From the IMG/VR virus record IMGVR_UViG_3300033388_001820: a stretch of 64,000 nt of DNA, one strand, 5' to 3'. Position numbers and translations under genes: made by a program. This DNA is from an uncultured virus (IMG/VR IMGVR_UViG_3300033388_001820) (Duplodnaviria; Heunggongvirae; Uroviricota; Caudoviricetes). Numbering within the stretch: the stretch's first letter is position 1; each line of letters begins with the position of its first letter. This document shows positions 52,929 to 62,243 of the stretch, piece by piece. The notes beneath the pieces were generated by a model that saw nothing but the letters and a program-made list of their open reading frames with translations, made no database searches and was not told where the DNA came from.

Positions 52929-53652
52929 CTCTAAGGAGATAAATGGCTAGACGTAAGCCCTTCATGTGTAGCTGGTGCAAAGACATCCCACGCGTCGAAC
53001 GTGGTGGCACCATCACACTCATCCACTTCCGCGAAGACAATGAAGTCTTCGAAGGGCAAGCAGCGCTGGACTGGATAGCCCGTCAATGCGCCTGCAAGCA
53101 GGTCGTGGTCGAAGAAGTCCCTGAGATCAGACGACCCGGCGCACGCATCCTCAAGCCTGGCACAAACGTGTACGTGCAACTCAAACGTAAGCCTGGGACC
53201 TCCCGAGACGAAGGGTTCGTGACGAACTGTTACGAGAACGGCACTGTCCGTATCCAATTGCTTACCGACAAGCACGCAGTGGTGACGGTGCCTGCCGACG
53301 AGTACGTGATTGGAAGGAGAGGGACACGTGCAGATGAGACCAGAGCTAGCTGACGTAATCGACCTTGACATCAACCCAGTATCTGATATGGTGTTTGTTA
53401 TCTCTCAAGAGCGAGACGGTCAGATGCTCAAAGTGTTCGCCGACCAGTGGTCTTGTGATAACTTGGGACACTTCACCGAAGCTTGGATACCTAACACATG
53501 GACTTTAGCCTAACGCTACCCAACCTCAAAGAGGATAAGATCGAGGCGCAGCGCCGTGCGATCGGCGTACTGCATCGGCGGATTCAGGAAGGCGACTTTC
53601 CTCCTGATGTGACCGAAGCGATCAGGCAGGCACTTGACGGACAGCTTCCGAG

Positions 53653-53832
53653 ATGGTAGCCTATCAAAGTATAGGAAGATACACCATCTGGTGGTCCGAA
53701 GAAGACGAGTCCAGCATAAACCCTGCTTGTTGCCGGGTCTGTTCTTGGACAGAGTATTGGAACATCAGCATCAAAGGTCCCATACGAGTCAACAACGTAA
53801 CCCGACTTCCCACCAACTGGGAATCAGTTTAG
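53653..53832 (+). CDS. 59-aa NWE-motif mini-protein (not in ORF track)
   Basis: MVAYQSIGRY...RLPTNWESV*. Confidence 0.65.
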   Translation: MVAYQSIGRYTIWWSEEDESSINPACCRVCSWTEYWNISIKGPIRVNNVTRLPTNWESV

Positions 53833-54036
53833 GAGAATCATGAGCTATCACAGCCAGACACGCACCGAGTATCTGATCGGCCCGAAGGGTGGACCAGCGA
53901 AGACGGTGCAGATCACTCACCGTGTCAAGCGTGTCGTAACACACAGTGAACCGCAGGTTCTGTTCACCGATCCGAAGTCAAAGAAGCAGAAGCTTCTGTC
54001 GAAGAAGGAACACACGGTCACCATCAAGTAATATTT

Positions 54037-54114
54037 GCCCCGTTGGTCTAGTTGGCTTAGGACGCCTGATTCTCAGTCAGGAGGACACCGGTTCGAACCC
54101 GGTACGGGGTACCA
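54037..54114 (+). tRNA. tRNA-Glu(CTC)
   Basis: Loop TTCTCAG, ACCA. Confidence 0.92.
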
Positions 54115-54121
54115 GACACTT

Positions 54122-54197
54122 TCCAGAGTAGCTCAGTCGGCAGAGCGCCAAGCTGTTAACTTGGATGTCGTAGGTTCGAACCCTACCTCTGGAGCCA
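54122..54197 (+). tRNA. tRNA-Asn(GTT)
   Basis: Loop CTGTTAA, GCCA. Confidence 0.93.
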
Positions 54198-54268
54198 AGA
54201 GTGGAACCGGGAGACGCGCTAAACTGGGAGCGCCCCTCCAGCAGGGTACCGGTTCTGCTCTGTTACAC

Positions 54269-54343
54269 GTAGCGGTGCCCGAGTTGGCCTAAGGGGTCTG
54301 GTTGCAACCCAGAATTGCGTCGGTTCAAATCCGACCCGCTACT
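54269..54343 (+). tRNA. tRNA-Cys(GCA)
   Basis: Loop TTGCAAC, U73. Confidence 0.88.
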
Positions 54344-54347
54344 CTGA

Positions 54348-54421
54348 AGGGCAGTAGCTCAGCGTGTTAGAGCGACGTACTTATCATACGTGCGACGTGG
54401 GTTCAAATCCCACCTGCCCCA
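54348..54421 (+). tRNA. tRNA-Ile(TAT)
   Basis: ACGTA-CTTATCA-TACGT anticodon arm. Confidence 0.75.
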
Positions 54422-54425
54422 CTAT

Positions 54426-54506
54426 GCGCTTGTGGTGGAAAGGAAGACACAGGGAGCTTAAGCCTCCCTGCCGTAAGGCGTGAGAGTTCGAATCTCTCCA
54501 GGCGCA
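54426..54506 (+). tRNA. tRNA-Leu(TAA)
   Basis: Loop CTTAAGC, long variable arm. Confidence 0.88.
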
Positions 54507-54512
54507 CAACAT

Positions 54513-54590
54513 GGTTCATTAGCTCAGCCCGGTAAGAGCAGCGTCCTGATACGACGAAGGTCACTGGTTCAAATCCAGTATGAACTACCA
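54513..54590 (+). tRNA. tRNA-Ile(GAT)
   Basis: Loop CTGATAC, ACCA. Confidence 0.9.
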
Positions 54591-54598
54591 TTACATTT

Positions 54599-54684
54599 GC
54601 CCAGGTGGCGGAATTGGCAGACGCGCCAGGCTTAGACCCTGGTATCCGTAGAAGGGTGTAGGGGTTCGAGTCCCCTCTTGGGCA
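54599..54684 (+). tRNA. tRNA-Leu(TAG)
   Basis: Loop CTTAGAC, long variable arm. Confidence 0.9.
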
Positions 54685-55344
54685 CTAAAAGGTGTAGCCG
54701 TACAAATCAATATCCTGCTCATACAGGTCAGCGATCTTCGCACGAGTAACATCATTGTAATACTCACGGTAGTGACCGTGTTTCGAAGCGTTGACTCTAG
54801 GAACGTCACCGTCATTCAACAACCCCACCTTGTCCAACACGGAAGTCAAGTCTGTGTTGATCGACTCTACCTTGCCAACGAAGTCAACCATCTGCTTGCC
54901 GTCATGATGAGTGTACAGATGTCCAGGGGCGCTGTGATAAGCTACCACCGGGTGCTGCATGGAGAGATTCTCCAAGTCCATAACAAACTCATCAAAGGTC
55001 AAGCGGCTGAACTTCTCATCCTGATCGGCCAGGTATGTGTAGCATGAAACGAGGCGATCCCACGGGTTACGAACAAACGAAAAGGAAAACCAGTTATCCC
55101 ATTGAGACACAATCCCTGCTGTAGCGACAGGCCAACCAGAGAAAGGTGCTTCATCCTCCCCAACGTTCTTCTCATCCTGTCCACGATAGATAAGCTGTCG
55201 CAAACGGAGTCGACTAAACAGAATCCTGCTAGCTATCAGAGTCCCGCCAGCCTTGTTGCAACGAACGTAAATCAGTTCAGGACCGGGATGGAACAACGTG
55301 ATCTTGTTGTGTAGGTTGTTCAAGAAATTCAAAGTCTCACTCAT
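54685..55344 (-). CDS. Sulfotransferase family 2 protein
   Basis: NKAGGT (5'-PSB-like), FSFVRNPWDRLVSCY (3'-PB), VDFVGKVE, DIDLYGYTF. Confidence 0.88.
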   Translation of the reverse strand: MSETLNFLNNLHNKITLFHPGPELIYVRCNKAGGTLIASRILFSRLRLRQLIYRGQDEKNVGEDEAPFSGWPVATAGIVSQWDNWFSFSFVRNPWDRLVSCYTYLADQDEKFSRLTFDEFVMDLENLSMQHPVVAYHSAPGHLYTHHDGKQMVDFVGKVESINTDLTSVLDKVGLLNDGDVPRVNASKHGHYREYYNDVTRAKIADLYEQDIDLYGYTF

Positions 55345-55740
55345 ATGGTGCCGATGATATCATATGAAGTGGGTAACGATCTTGGCGATCGAGAACAAAA
55401 TTCCGTACATCAAGATGAATGGCCAGACCCCTCCATGTTTTACCTGCAATGACAACGAATATGGTACACCGGTTTGCAGATGTAAAGCTCCGAGTAACTG
55501 GGTGTACACTCACGAGATTTCTGATATGCTAAGATTAGCAAGGTACGGGAAGTATCCCGACTGGTTTATAAAGGAGTAAACGATGGGAAGATGCGAACAT
55601 CCAGAATGTGAAGTGTCAGCGCACCGACGAATTTTCGTTGGTGAAGAGGTGTACGAATACTGTCTAGAACATTACGACGTGGCGACTGCTGTTCAACAAA
55701 ACAGGAGACCACAATGGGAACCAGACAACTCTTGAAACTT

Positions 55741-55823
55741 GCGTCTGTGGTGGAATGGCAGACACGCCAGTCTGAGAGGCTGGTGCCCGGAAGGGCGTGT
55801 GGGTTCAACTCCCACCAGACGTA
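55741..55823 (+). tRNA. tRNA-Leu(GAG)
   Basis: Loop CTGAGAG. Confidence 0.88.
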
Positions 55824-55827
55824 CTAT

Positions 55828-55902
55828 GCGGGTGTAGCTCAATGGCTAGAGCCTCAGTTTTCCAAACTGATGATGAGGGTTCGATTCCCTTCACCCGCTC
55901 CA
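55828..55902 (+). tRNA. tRNA-Gly(TCC)
   Basis: Loop TTTCCAA, TCCA. Confidence 0.93.
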
Positions 55903-56328
55903 TGTTAGACAATTACATCGCTCATTACGTTGCCCCTGGGCCGACTCCGTTGTTCTATTCGCTAGTCGAATATCTAGTGTTTGGTCTGTGTGATTACAGT
56001 GACACTACCGACATCGCTATCCGATACGAAGAAGGCGACCATAATGGTTCAAAAGTCATGCCAAGAAATTGGGTAACGCTATGATTGAGTACAACATCGA
56101 GAAGCCTACCGAGCCTGAGTTTTTTCAGGAGACTGGCAACTGGTATCGGAGGCGATGGTCGCTCAGTATGTACCAGAACGTCGTGCTGCTTGAAACGGAC
56201 GGACCGATCAACAGAGACGGGGACCTCACGTTGATCTCGTACTGGGATAGCACCAATTCTTACAAGACAGAAAGACACCGTTTGCCTAACTCTTGGGTGT
56301 GGGCATGACGATGAGTAATGTAATACAC

Positions 56329-56401
56329 GGGTTAGTAGCTCAATTGGTAGAGTACAACCTTGCCAAGGTTGATGTTGCCGGTTCAAGTCCGGTCTAGCCC
56401 T
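56329..56401 (+). tRNA. tRNA-Gly(GCC)
   Basis: Loop TTGCCAA. Confidence 0.9.
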
Positions 56402-56544
56402 CGCTGGTTGCAGGGAGAATATTCGGAACCAGACGCCCCAGGGCAAGTAGCCCTTGGGTATTTCGATGCCCCTCACCCAAGTTTTTCCTCTGGTGAAAGC
56501 GCAGGCTGAGGCACCCCGTTGACTTATCCCTGCAACCATGCTAT

Positions 56545-56620
56545 GCTTCGGTAGCTCAGTTGGAAGAGCGTCGCTCTCGTAAAGCGAAGGCCGCGAGTTC
56601 AAATCTCGCTCGAAGCTCCA
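56545..56620 (+). tRNA. tRNA-Thr(CGT)
   Basis: Loop CTCGTAA, TCCA. Confidence 0.92.
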
Positions 56621-57010
56621 AGGAGATTAGGATGAATGGATGATACCGATCAAGAGTTCTGGAGTGTGGTCAACCACAGCCTCACCGACGAGGACGACGG
56701 GAGGCCCACTCGGTGGGAGATGGCCGCTTGGTTCGTCACCTTCGTGGTGTTGATCGGCCTGCTCGTTATTGGTCCCATCTGGGTGGTGTTCCTATGAGAG
56801 AAGAACGTCCGTCGACGCGCAGTGTAAGCAGAAGGAGTTAAGTCGACTATGAGTGAGTGATCCTGATACATTATGCGGTTACACCTTTGATGTCTTGCAT
56901 GACCTGGGATGCGCGGTATAGCAACCTCCTGGCCAGACCCCTTCAAGTGGAAGGAAGAGGGATCAAAGCGCAGTATCAGGTCTTCCACTAGGGAAGAGAA
57001 GAAAGTACAT

Positions 57011-57086
57011 GCCGAATTAGCTCAGTGGCCAGAGCAGTGCTCTTGTAAAGCGAAGGTCCTCGGTTCGACTCCGAGATTCGGCTCCA
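57011..57086 (+). tRNA. tRNA-Thr(TGT)
   Basis: Loop CTTGTAA, TCCA. Confidence 0.92.
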
Positions 57087-57629
57087 TGAATATGAGATAC
57101 GAAAAATACTGGGGAGGCGCTGCTGACGGCGGCTTCTGGAACTGGACGGCTCAGCGACCTGGGCAAGAGAAGTGTATTGGCATGGGCTGGTATCGTTGGA
57201 CAGCCTGGCTCAAAGCATGGCGTGCCACAAGGAACGCCCCTTACATGGAAGAATGGTAAATCATGGCAAGTTTTCACACACCCTCAGAACTACTCGCTTA
57301 TGGAGATTTCATCTACGACAAGTTTCTCACTGTGACCGAGGTCACAACCCTTGAAGGAACAGGCGTTATCGTGGCCGGTAGGCGCGGAGGCACAGGCAAA
57401 GCAGAAACGCACACCTTTGAGACCGACGACAAAGTGTGGATTCATCGCACCAACCACATCTTCGACTGTGGACCTGATGCCCAATGATGGACGCGTTTGA
57501 CGATTACATGCTTCGCATGTACCCTCCACCAATCGACCCTGACAAAGAACGTCTACGCAGGGACATGAACAAGGCTCGACACGCTGCATTGGATGCGGGT
57601 GAGCCTGACCCTTTCGTCATATACATCAA

Positions 57630-57705
57630 GGTACCGTAGCTCAGCAGGAAGAGCGCTGGCGTGAAGCCCCAGAGGTCGTTGGTTCGACTCCGACCGGTAC
57701 CACCA
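57630..57705 (+). tRNA. tRNA-Phe(GAA)
   Basis: Loop GTGAAGC, ACCA. Confidence 0.85.
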
Positions 57706-57729
57706 CTCCAACCATGCTATACTATCTCC

Positions 57730-58698
57730 ATGAGCATTGATCAAGTACAAAAAAACCTAGAGAAGAAGTTCGGCAAGGGTGCCGTCGTTCGCATGAACGA
57801 CAAACCTCAAGACATTGAAGTAATCCCGACAGGGAACATAATCCTCGACATGGCTCTAGGTGTTGGCGGCTACCCGCGAGGTAGAATCGTTGAAATCTTC
57901 GGACCTGAATCCTCTGGCAAGACAACGCTGGCTACACACGCAGCGGCTGAAGCACAGAAACTCGATTTGAACGTGGCCTACATCGACGCAGAGCACGCTA
58001 TTGACCCGACATACACCGAAGCGTTGGGCGTAGACCTTAACGCTGTCCTGCTCAGTCAGCCTGACAGCGGCGAGCAGGCTCTTGAGATCGCTGACGAAAT
58101 GGTCAAGTCAGGAGAGTTCGGATTGATCGTAGTGGACTCTGTAGCGGCTCTCACGCCTCGTGCAGAGCTAGCAGGTGAGATGGGAGACTCTCATATGGGG
58201 CTGCAAGCACGGTTGATGGGGCAGGCTCTACGCAAGATGCGTGGCACCGCCAACACAACTGGTACGACGCTCATCTTCGTCAATCAGATTCGTGAGAAGA
58301 TCGGGGTCATGTTCGGGTCGCCAGAAACTACACCGGGTGGACGTGCGCTCAAGTTCTTCTCCACTATCCGTCTCGACATCCGTCGCATCGGTGCGATCAA
58401 AAACGGTGTTGAGATCATGGGCAACGAGACACGAGTCAAAGTCGTCAAGAACAAGGTGGCACCGCCGTTCAAACAGGCCGAGTTTGACATCATGTATGGT
58501 CGTGGTGTGTCGCAGTCAGGGTCGATCATTGACCTCGGCGTGGCAGAGGACTTGATCTTGAAGTCCGGCGCGTGGTACACTATCGGAGAAGAGCAGGTGC
58601 AGGGTCGTGAGGCTGCCAAAGATTCGCTAGAATCTCAGCCTGATCTGATGGCGGAACTGTACGAGAAGCTAGCCTACGAGGACGAGACAGGTGACTGA
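57730..58698 (+). CDS. recA: Recombinase RecA
   Basis: [78 protein letters not shown] at 57718-57723 suggests a leaderless transcript. Confidence 0.98.
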   Translation: MSIDQVQKNLEKKFGKGAVVRMNDKPQDIEVIPTGNIILDMALGVGGYPRGRIVEIFGPESSGKTTLATHAAAEAQKLDLNVAYIDAEHAIDPTYTEALGVDLNAVLLSQPDSGEQALEIADEMVKSGEFGLIVVDSVAALTPRAELAGEMGDSHMGLQARLMGQALRKMRGTANTTGTTLIFVNQIREKIGVMFGSPETTPGGRALKFFSTIRLDIRRIGAIKNGVEIMGNETRVKVVKNKVAPPFKQAEFDIMYGRGVSQSGSIIDLGVAEDLILKSGAWYTIGEEQVQGREAAKDSLESQPDLMAELYEKLAYEDETGD

Positions 58699-58866
58699 AT
58701 TCCATTTAAGAGACGGACGTCGACGTAAGGCCACTTTGCGCACCGGGAATAGTCATAGCAAACGAAGCTACAAGAAGGCCCGAAGCAAAAGCGAGAAACG
58801 TGACCGGGCAGAACAGAATGAGATCAGACAACTGAAACGTATTCTCAGAAACGAACAAGAAGCAAG

Positions 58867-58942
58867 GGACGTGTAGCTCAGCAGGAAGAGCAGCGGTTTT
58901 ACACACCGCAGGTCGTCGGTTCGAACCCGGCTACGTCCACCA
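58867..58942 (+). tRNA. tRNA-Val(TAC)
   Basis: Loop TTTACAC, ACCA. Confidence 0.92.
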
Positions 58943-58973
58943 GAAAGGATTAAGTCCCCTTCGGGGGCAAGTT

Positions 58974-59051
58974 GTGGCAGTAGCTCAGTCTGATTAGAGC
59001 GTCGGGTTGTGATCCCGAAGGTCGCGGGTTTAAATCCCGTCTGTCACCCCA
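58974..59051 (+). tRNA. tRNA-His(GTG)
   Basis: Loop TTGTGAT, C73-CCA. Confidence 0.88.
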
Positions 59052-59314
59052 TCGCAAACAACAAGAAAGAGAGAAACACACATGTTGTGGTTCATTATTT
59101 TCTACCTAGTCATGATGGCAGTGTTCGCTCAGTGGATCATCATTCCCCTGTACTCCAACGAACACGGAATACTTGAGATGCTCGCTCCTGAGACGCACGA
59201 AGAGTGGGAGCAGCAAACCAACACCGTAAAGACGGTCATCACTTTGATCGTCTCAGCCTTTTGGCCGCTCATCGTTATTGGAACCGCCGTTGCGATGTTC
59301 CAGAAAGTCATCAG

Positions 59315-59455
59315 ATGATAGCACTACTGACAATCATCGCAGCGATACTGTTCGTGCGTGTTGCCGTTGATGCTAATCGTCGTCGCGGATACGTCGCAAA
59401 GTTTGTAGTAGCCTTCGTGGTCGCGTGGGTTGTGCTCTTCCTTATGGGCATCTGA
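59315..59455 (+). CDS. 46-aa membrane protein (paralog of 5114-5248)
   Basis: MIALLTIIAAILFVRVAVDANRRRGYVAKFVVAFVVAWVVLFLMGI. Confidence 0.75.
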   Translation: MIALLTIIAAILFVRVAVDANRRRGYVAKFVVAFVVAWVVLFLMGI

Positions 59456-59465
59456 AAGGATAGAC

Positions 59466-60212
59466 GTGAAGATAGGATTTCTTGGCGACGTACACGGTAG
59501 CCCCGGCTGGGTGAAGTGGGCGTTCGCAGAACTTGTGAAGCAAGGAGCTGAGATAATCGTTCAGCTAGGTGACCTCATGTACTGGGAACACAAACCCGGT
59601 GGCAAGGAGTTCATCGACTACATCCAAAGCCTGTGCGACGAATACTGTATTGATTTCTGGTGGATTGATGGGAACCACGAGAACTTTGATTGGCTATACG
59701 ACTATCCGCTTGATAGAAACGGGCGTAGACCTATCCGGCCGAACGTCATTCATCTGCCTCGTGGACATGCTTGGGAATGGGATGGCGTGAAGTTCCTAGC
59801 CTTCGGCGGATCATACTCCATCAACAAGGACATGCTTACCCCTGGTGACTCGTATTGGCCACAGGAGATGCCGACAGTACAAGAAGTCGACATTGCTCGT
59901 GCGGTTGGCAAAGTAGATGTCATGATCAGTCATGACGTGCCTGAAGGTGCGGACCTAGCGGATTTGTTAGGACCGTCTTGGATGGTATTTGCTACGCATC
60001 CTGCCGAGTGTGGGATTGTACGAAGACGAGTACGGGACGTATGGGACATTGCACAACCGAACTGGCTTTTTCACGGGCACTATCATCGGAGGGCTAACAG
60101 TGTACTTGGTAGGACGCGCATCGTGGGCCTGGCTAACGAAAACACCGGACCCAATTCTATCTATCTTGCAGACACCAATAGCCTACGTTCAGGGTTTGCT
60201 GGAACAATTTGA
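59466..60212 (+). CDS. Calcineurin-like metallophosphoesterase
   Basis: GDVHG, QLGD, GNHE, SHD, HGHYH. Confidence 0.92.
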   Translation: MKIGFLGDVHGSPGWVKWAFAELVKQGAEIIVQLGDLMYWEHKPGGKEFIDYIQSLCDEYCIDFWWIDGNHENFDWLYDYPLDRNGRRPIRPNVIHLPRGHAWEWDGVKFLAFGGSYSINKDMLTPGDSYWPQEMPTVQEVDIARAVGKVDVMISHDVPEGADLADLLGPSWMVFATHPAECGIVRRRVRDVWDIAQPNWLFHGHYHRRANSVLGRTRIVGLANENTGPNSIYLADTNSLRSGFAGTI

Positions 60213-60321
60213 TGACGCTCTCACTGCTGTTGACTACAGTGGTTGGGACGATTACTACCTCTACAATTTCGGTTTCCATCTCCCGATACCTAAAAACTGG
60301 GAGCCGGGGGTCGTGTATCTT

Positions 60322-60395
60322 GGTGGCGTAGCTCAGCAGGTTAGAGCAACGGGTTCATAATCCGTAGGTCGTTGGTTCAAATCCAACCGTCACTA
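60322..60395 (+). tRNA. tRNA-Met(CAT) (elongator or Ile2)
   Basis: Loop TTCATAA. Confidence 0.88.
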
Positions 60396-60402
60396 CTCTA
60401 AG

Positions 60403-60431
60403 TTGACAACGGCGTTATACCGTAGTACACT
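60403..60431 (+). promoter_or_regulatory. SigA-type promoter
   Basis: TTGACA-N17-TACACT. Confidence 0.7.
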
Positions 60432-60514
60432 AACACATGAGAACGCCATGCGGTTCATCTACTCTCGGTCGGGGGTCGAACCGTTACACGGTGGCCCCCG
60501 ACACACAATTTCGA

Positions 60515-60592
60515 TGCAGGGTGGAGCAGTCTGGTCAGCTTGCTTGGCTCATAACCAAGACGTCGTGGGTTCGAATCCCACCCCTGCCACCA
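60515..60592 (+). tRNA. tRNA-Met(CAT), initiator-like
   Basis: Loop CTCATAA, 1:72 mismatch, GTGGAGCAG D-arm, ACCA. Confidence 0.85.
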
Positions 60593-60647
60593 ACTTAGAA
60601 AGGCAACATGGAACTCAATATACCAGCCATCATTTTTTAACACACAC

Positions 60648-60722
60648 GGGGGTGTAGCTCAGCCTGGCTAGAGCATCTGCTTTGCAAGCAGAAAGTCGTG
60701 GGTTCGAATCCCATCTCCTCCA
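60648..60722 (+). tRNA. tRNA-Ala(TGC)
   Basis: Loop TTTGCAA, G3-U70. Confidence 0.9.
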
Positions 60723-60735
60723 CTTTTTACCACGC

Positions 60736-60820
60736 GGGGACGTGGCGGAATTGGCAGACGCGCTGGGTTCAAGCTCCAGTGAGATAATACCTCGTGAGGG
60801 TTCAAGTCCCTCCGTCCCTA
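60736..60820 (+). tRNA. tRNA-Leu(CAA)
   Basis: Loop TTCAAGC, long variable arm. Confidence 0.9.
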
Positions 60821-61013
60821 CTATGACGAAACTCACGCAACATCAACATCTAGGTTCCCGTATGCCAACTGTTGAATTTCATGAAGACAATTGCAATCTT
60901 TGGGCACATCAAGAAGGATGGATCTGTGGCATCGCTCATGAAGACAGTGGAGCATTGTGGCATGATCAAGTTTCTTCTCACGACCTAGCAAATTGGGAGT
61001 TCATATAGTCCGA

Positions 61014-61086
61014 GCCTTTGTAACTCAGCGGACAGAGTGGCAGGTTTCTACCCTGCTGGGCGTAGGTTCGAATCCTACCAAGGGCG
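61014..61086 (+). tRNA. tRNA-Arg(TCT)
   Basis: Loop TTTCTAC. Confidence 0.88.
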
Positions 61087-61483
61087 CTAAGCAATTACCT
61101 ACGAATGGAGAACTCATGGAATACGGTTTCGAAACTGGTGAAGAACCAACCGAGGAAGAAATGGAGCAGATGGAATCCGACTACGCAAAGTACGCTGGAC
61201 AACAGATCGCTTACGTCGATCGACTCTATGATTTCGTGAACGGCTTGGACAAAGCACAGTTGGATGCGTTCCTGCAACTAACCAAACAGTTCGGAACGAG
61301 TCCTACTACGATCCAGTTCTGGTCAGGCTACTCCCGTGCCCTCAGGTACGCCAAGTTTGATGTGAACCCGAACCCGTATGTACCGAAGCTGAATCCCGAA
61401 GATTTCATAGATAACGCTGAAACCGAAGAAGAAAACTGATATGCTCTAGACTAGATCCCGATACAACATAGGAGGTGGGTGAC

Positions 61484-61978
61484 ATGGGTGGAGTTCTGTT
61501 GCTGAATGCAACATATGAGCCAATGCGTGTCCTGCCTCTCAAGCGGGCTATCGTACTTGTGCTGCAAGAGAAGGCCGAGATCGTAGAAGACGAAGGCGGT
61601 GTGATCAGGTCTGAGAACCTGTCTATCACGCTACCAAAGGTGATCCGTCTGCTGTACTACGTGAAGATTCCGTACAGGAAGAAAGTGCCGCTCTCTAACA
61701 GGACCGTGCTTGTCCGAGACAAGTTCAAGTGCGCGTACTGTGGCCAGAAGGCAACTACAATCGACCACGTGTGGCCCAAGTCTTTGGACGGTGCCCACGA
61801 CTGGACGAACGTTGTTGCAGCATGTCAGCCATGCAACCAGAAAAAGGGCAACCGGACTCTGGATCAGCTAGGTTGGACGTTGCCATTCAAGCCTGACAGG
61901 CCAACCACACGCAAGTGGGTTGTTGTCGAAAGGATTGAGAAGTCATGGGTCCCATATCTAGAGATGGCGAGCGCATGA
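61484..61978 (+). CDS. HNH endonuclease
   Basis: VLLLNATYEP, RDKFKCAYCG, TIDHVWP, WTNVVAACQPCNQKK. Confidence 0.92.
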   Translation: MGGVLLLNATYEPMRVLPLKRAIVLVLQEKAEIVEDEGGVIRSENLSITLPKVIRLLYYVKIPYRKKVPLSNRTVLVRDKFKCAYCGQKATTIDHVWPKSLDGAHDWTNVVAACQPCNQKKGNRTLDQLGWTLPFKPDRPTTRKWVVVERIEKSWVPYLEMASA

Positions 61979-62028
61979 TTGAGGGAGTTGGTCGGTGGGG
62001 GGCGCGTTCCCTGCCGACCTCTCCACGA

Positions 62029-62103
62029 GCGGGTATAGCATAATTGGCAGTGCCGCGGGCCTTGGCCCCGCTAGTTCAAGTTCGAGTCTTGATACCCGTA
62101 CCA
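62029..62103 (+). tRNA. tRNA-Gln(TTG) with C33
   Basis: GCGGG-CCTTGGC-CCCGC arm, ACCA. Confidence 0.75.
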
Positions 62104-62243
62104 TGAAACAGTTCTACAGTTCACGATTCTACTCTTGGGCTACACGTGACGCCTACGGCATCAATTACAACGCCGAGTACGCTTTGGTTCACGATGAGAT
62201 CAGTGGCTTAACGTACATCAGTGTACACTCTATACCCGCATCA

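Noticed and set aside
54035..56602. ORF-track entries running through tRNAs (e.g. 54035-54292, 55714-55908, 55994-56602)
   Set aside because: They are translations of tRNA sequence.
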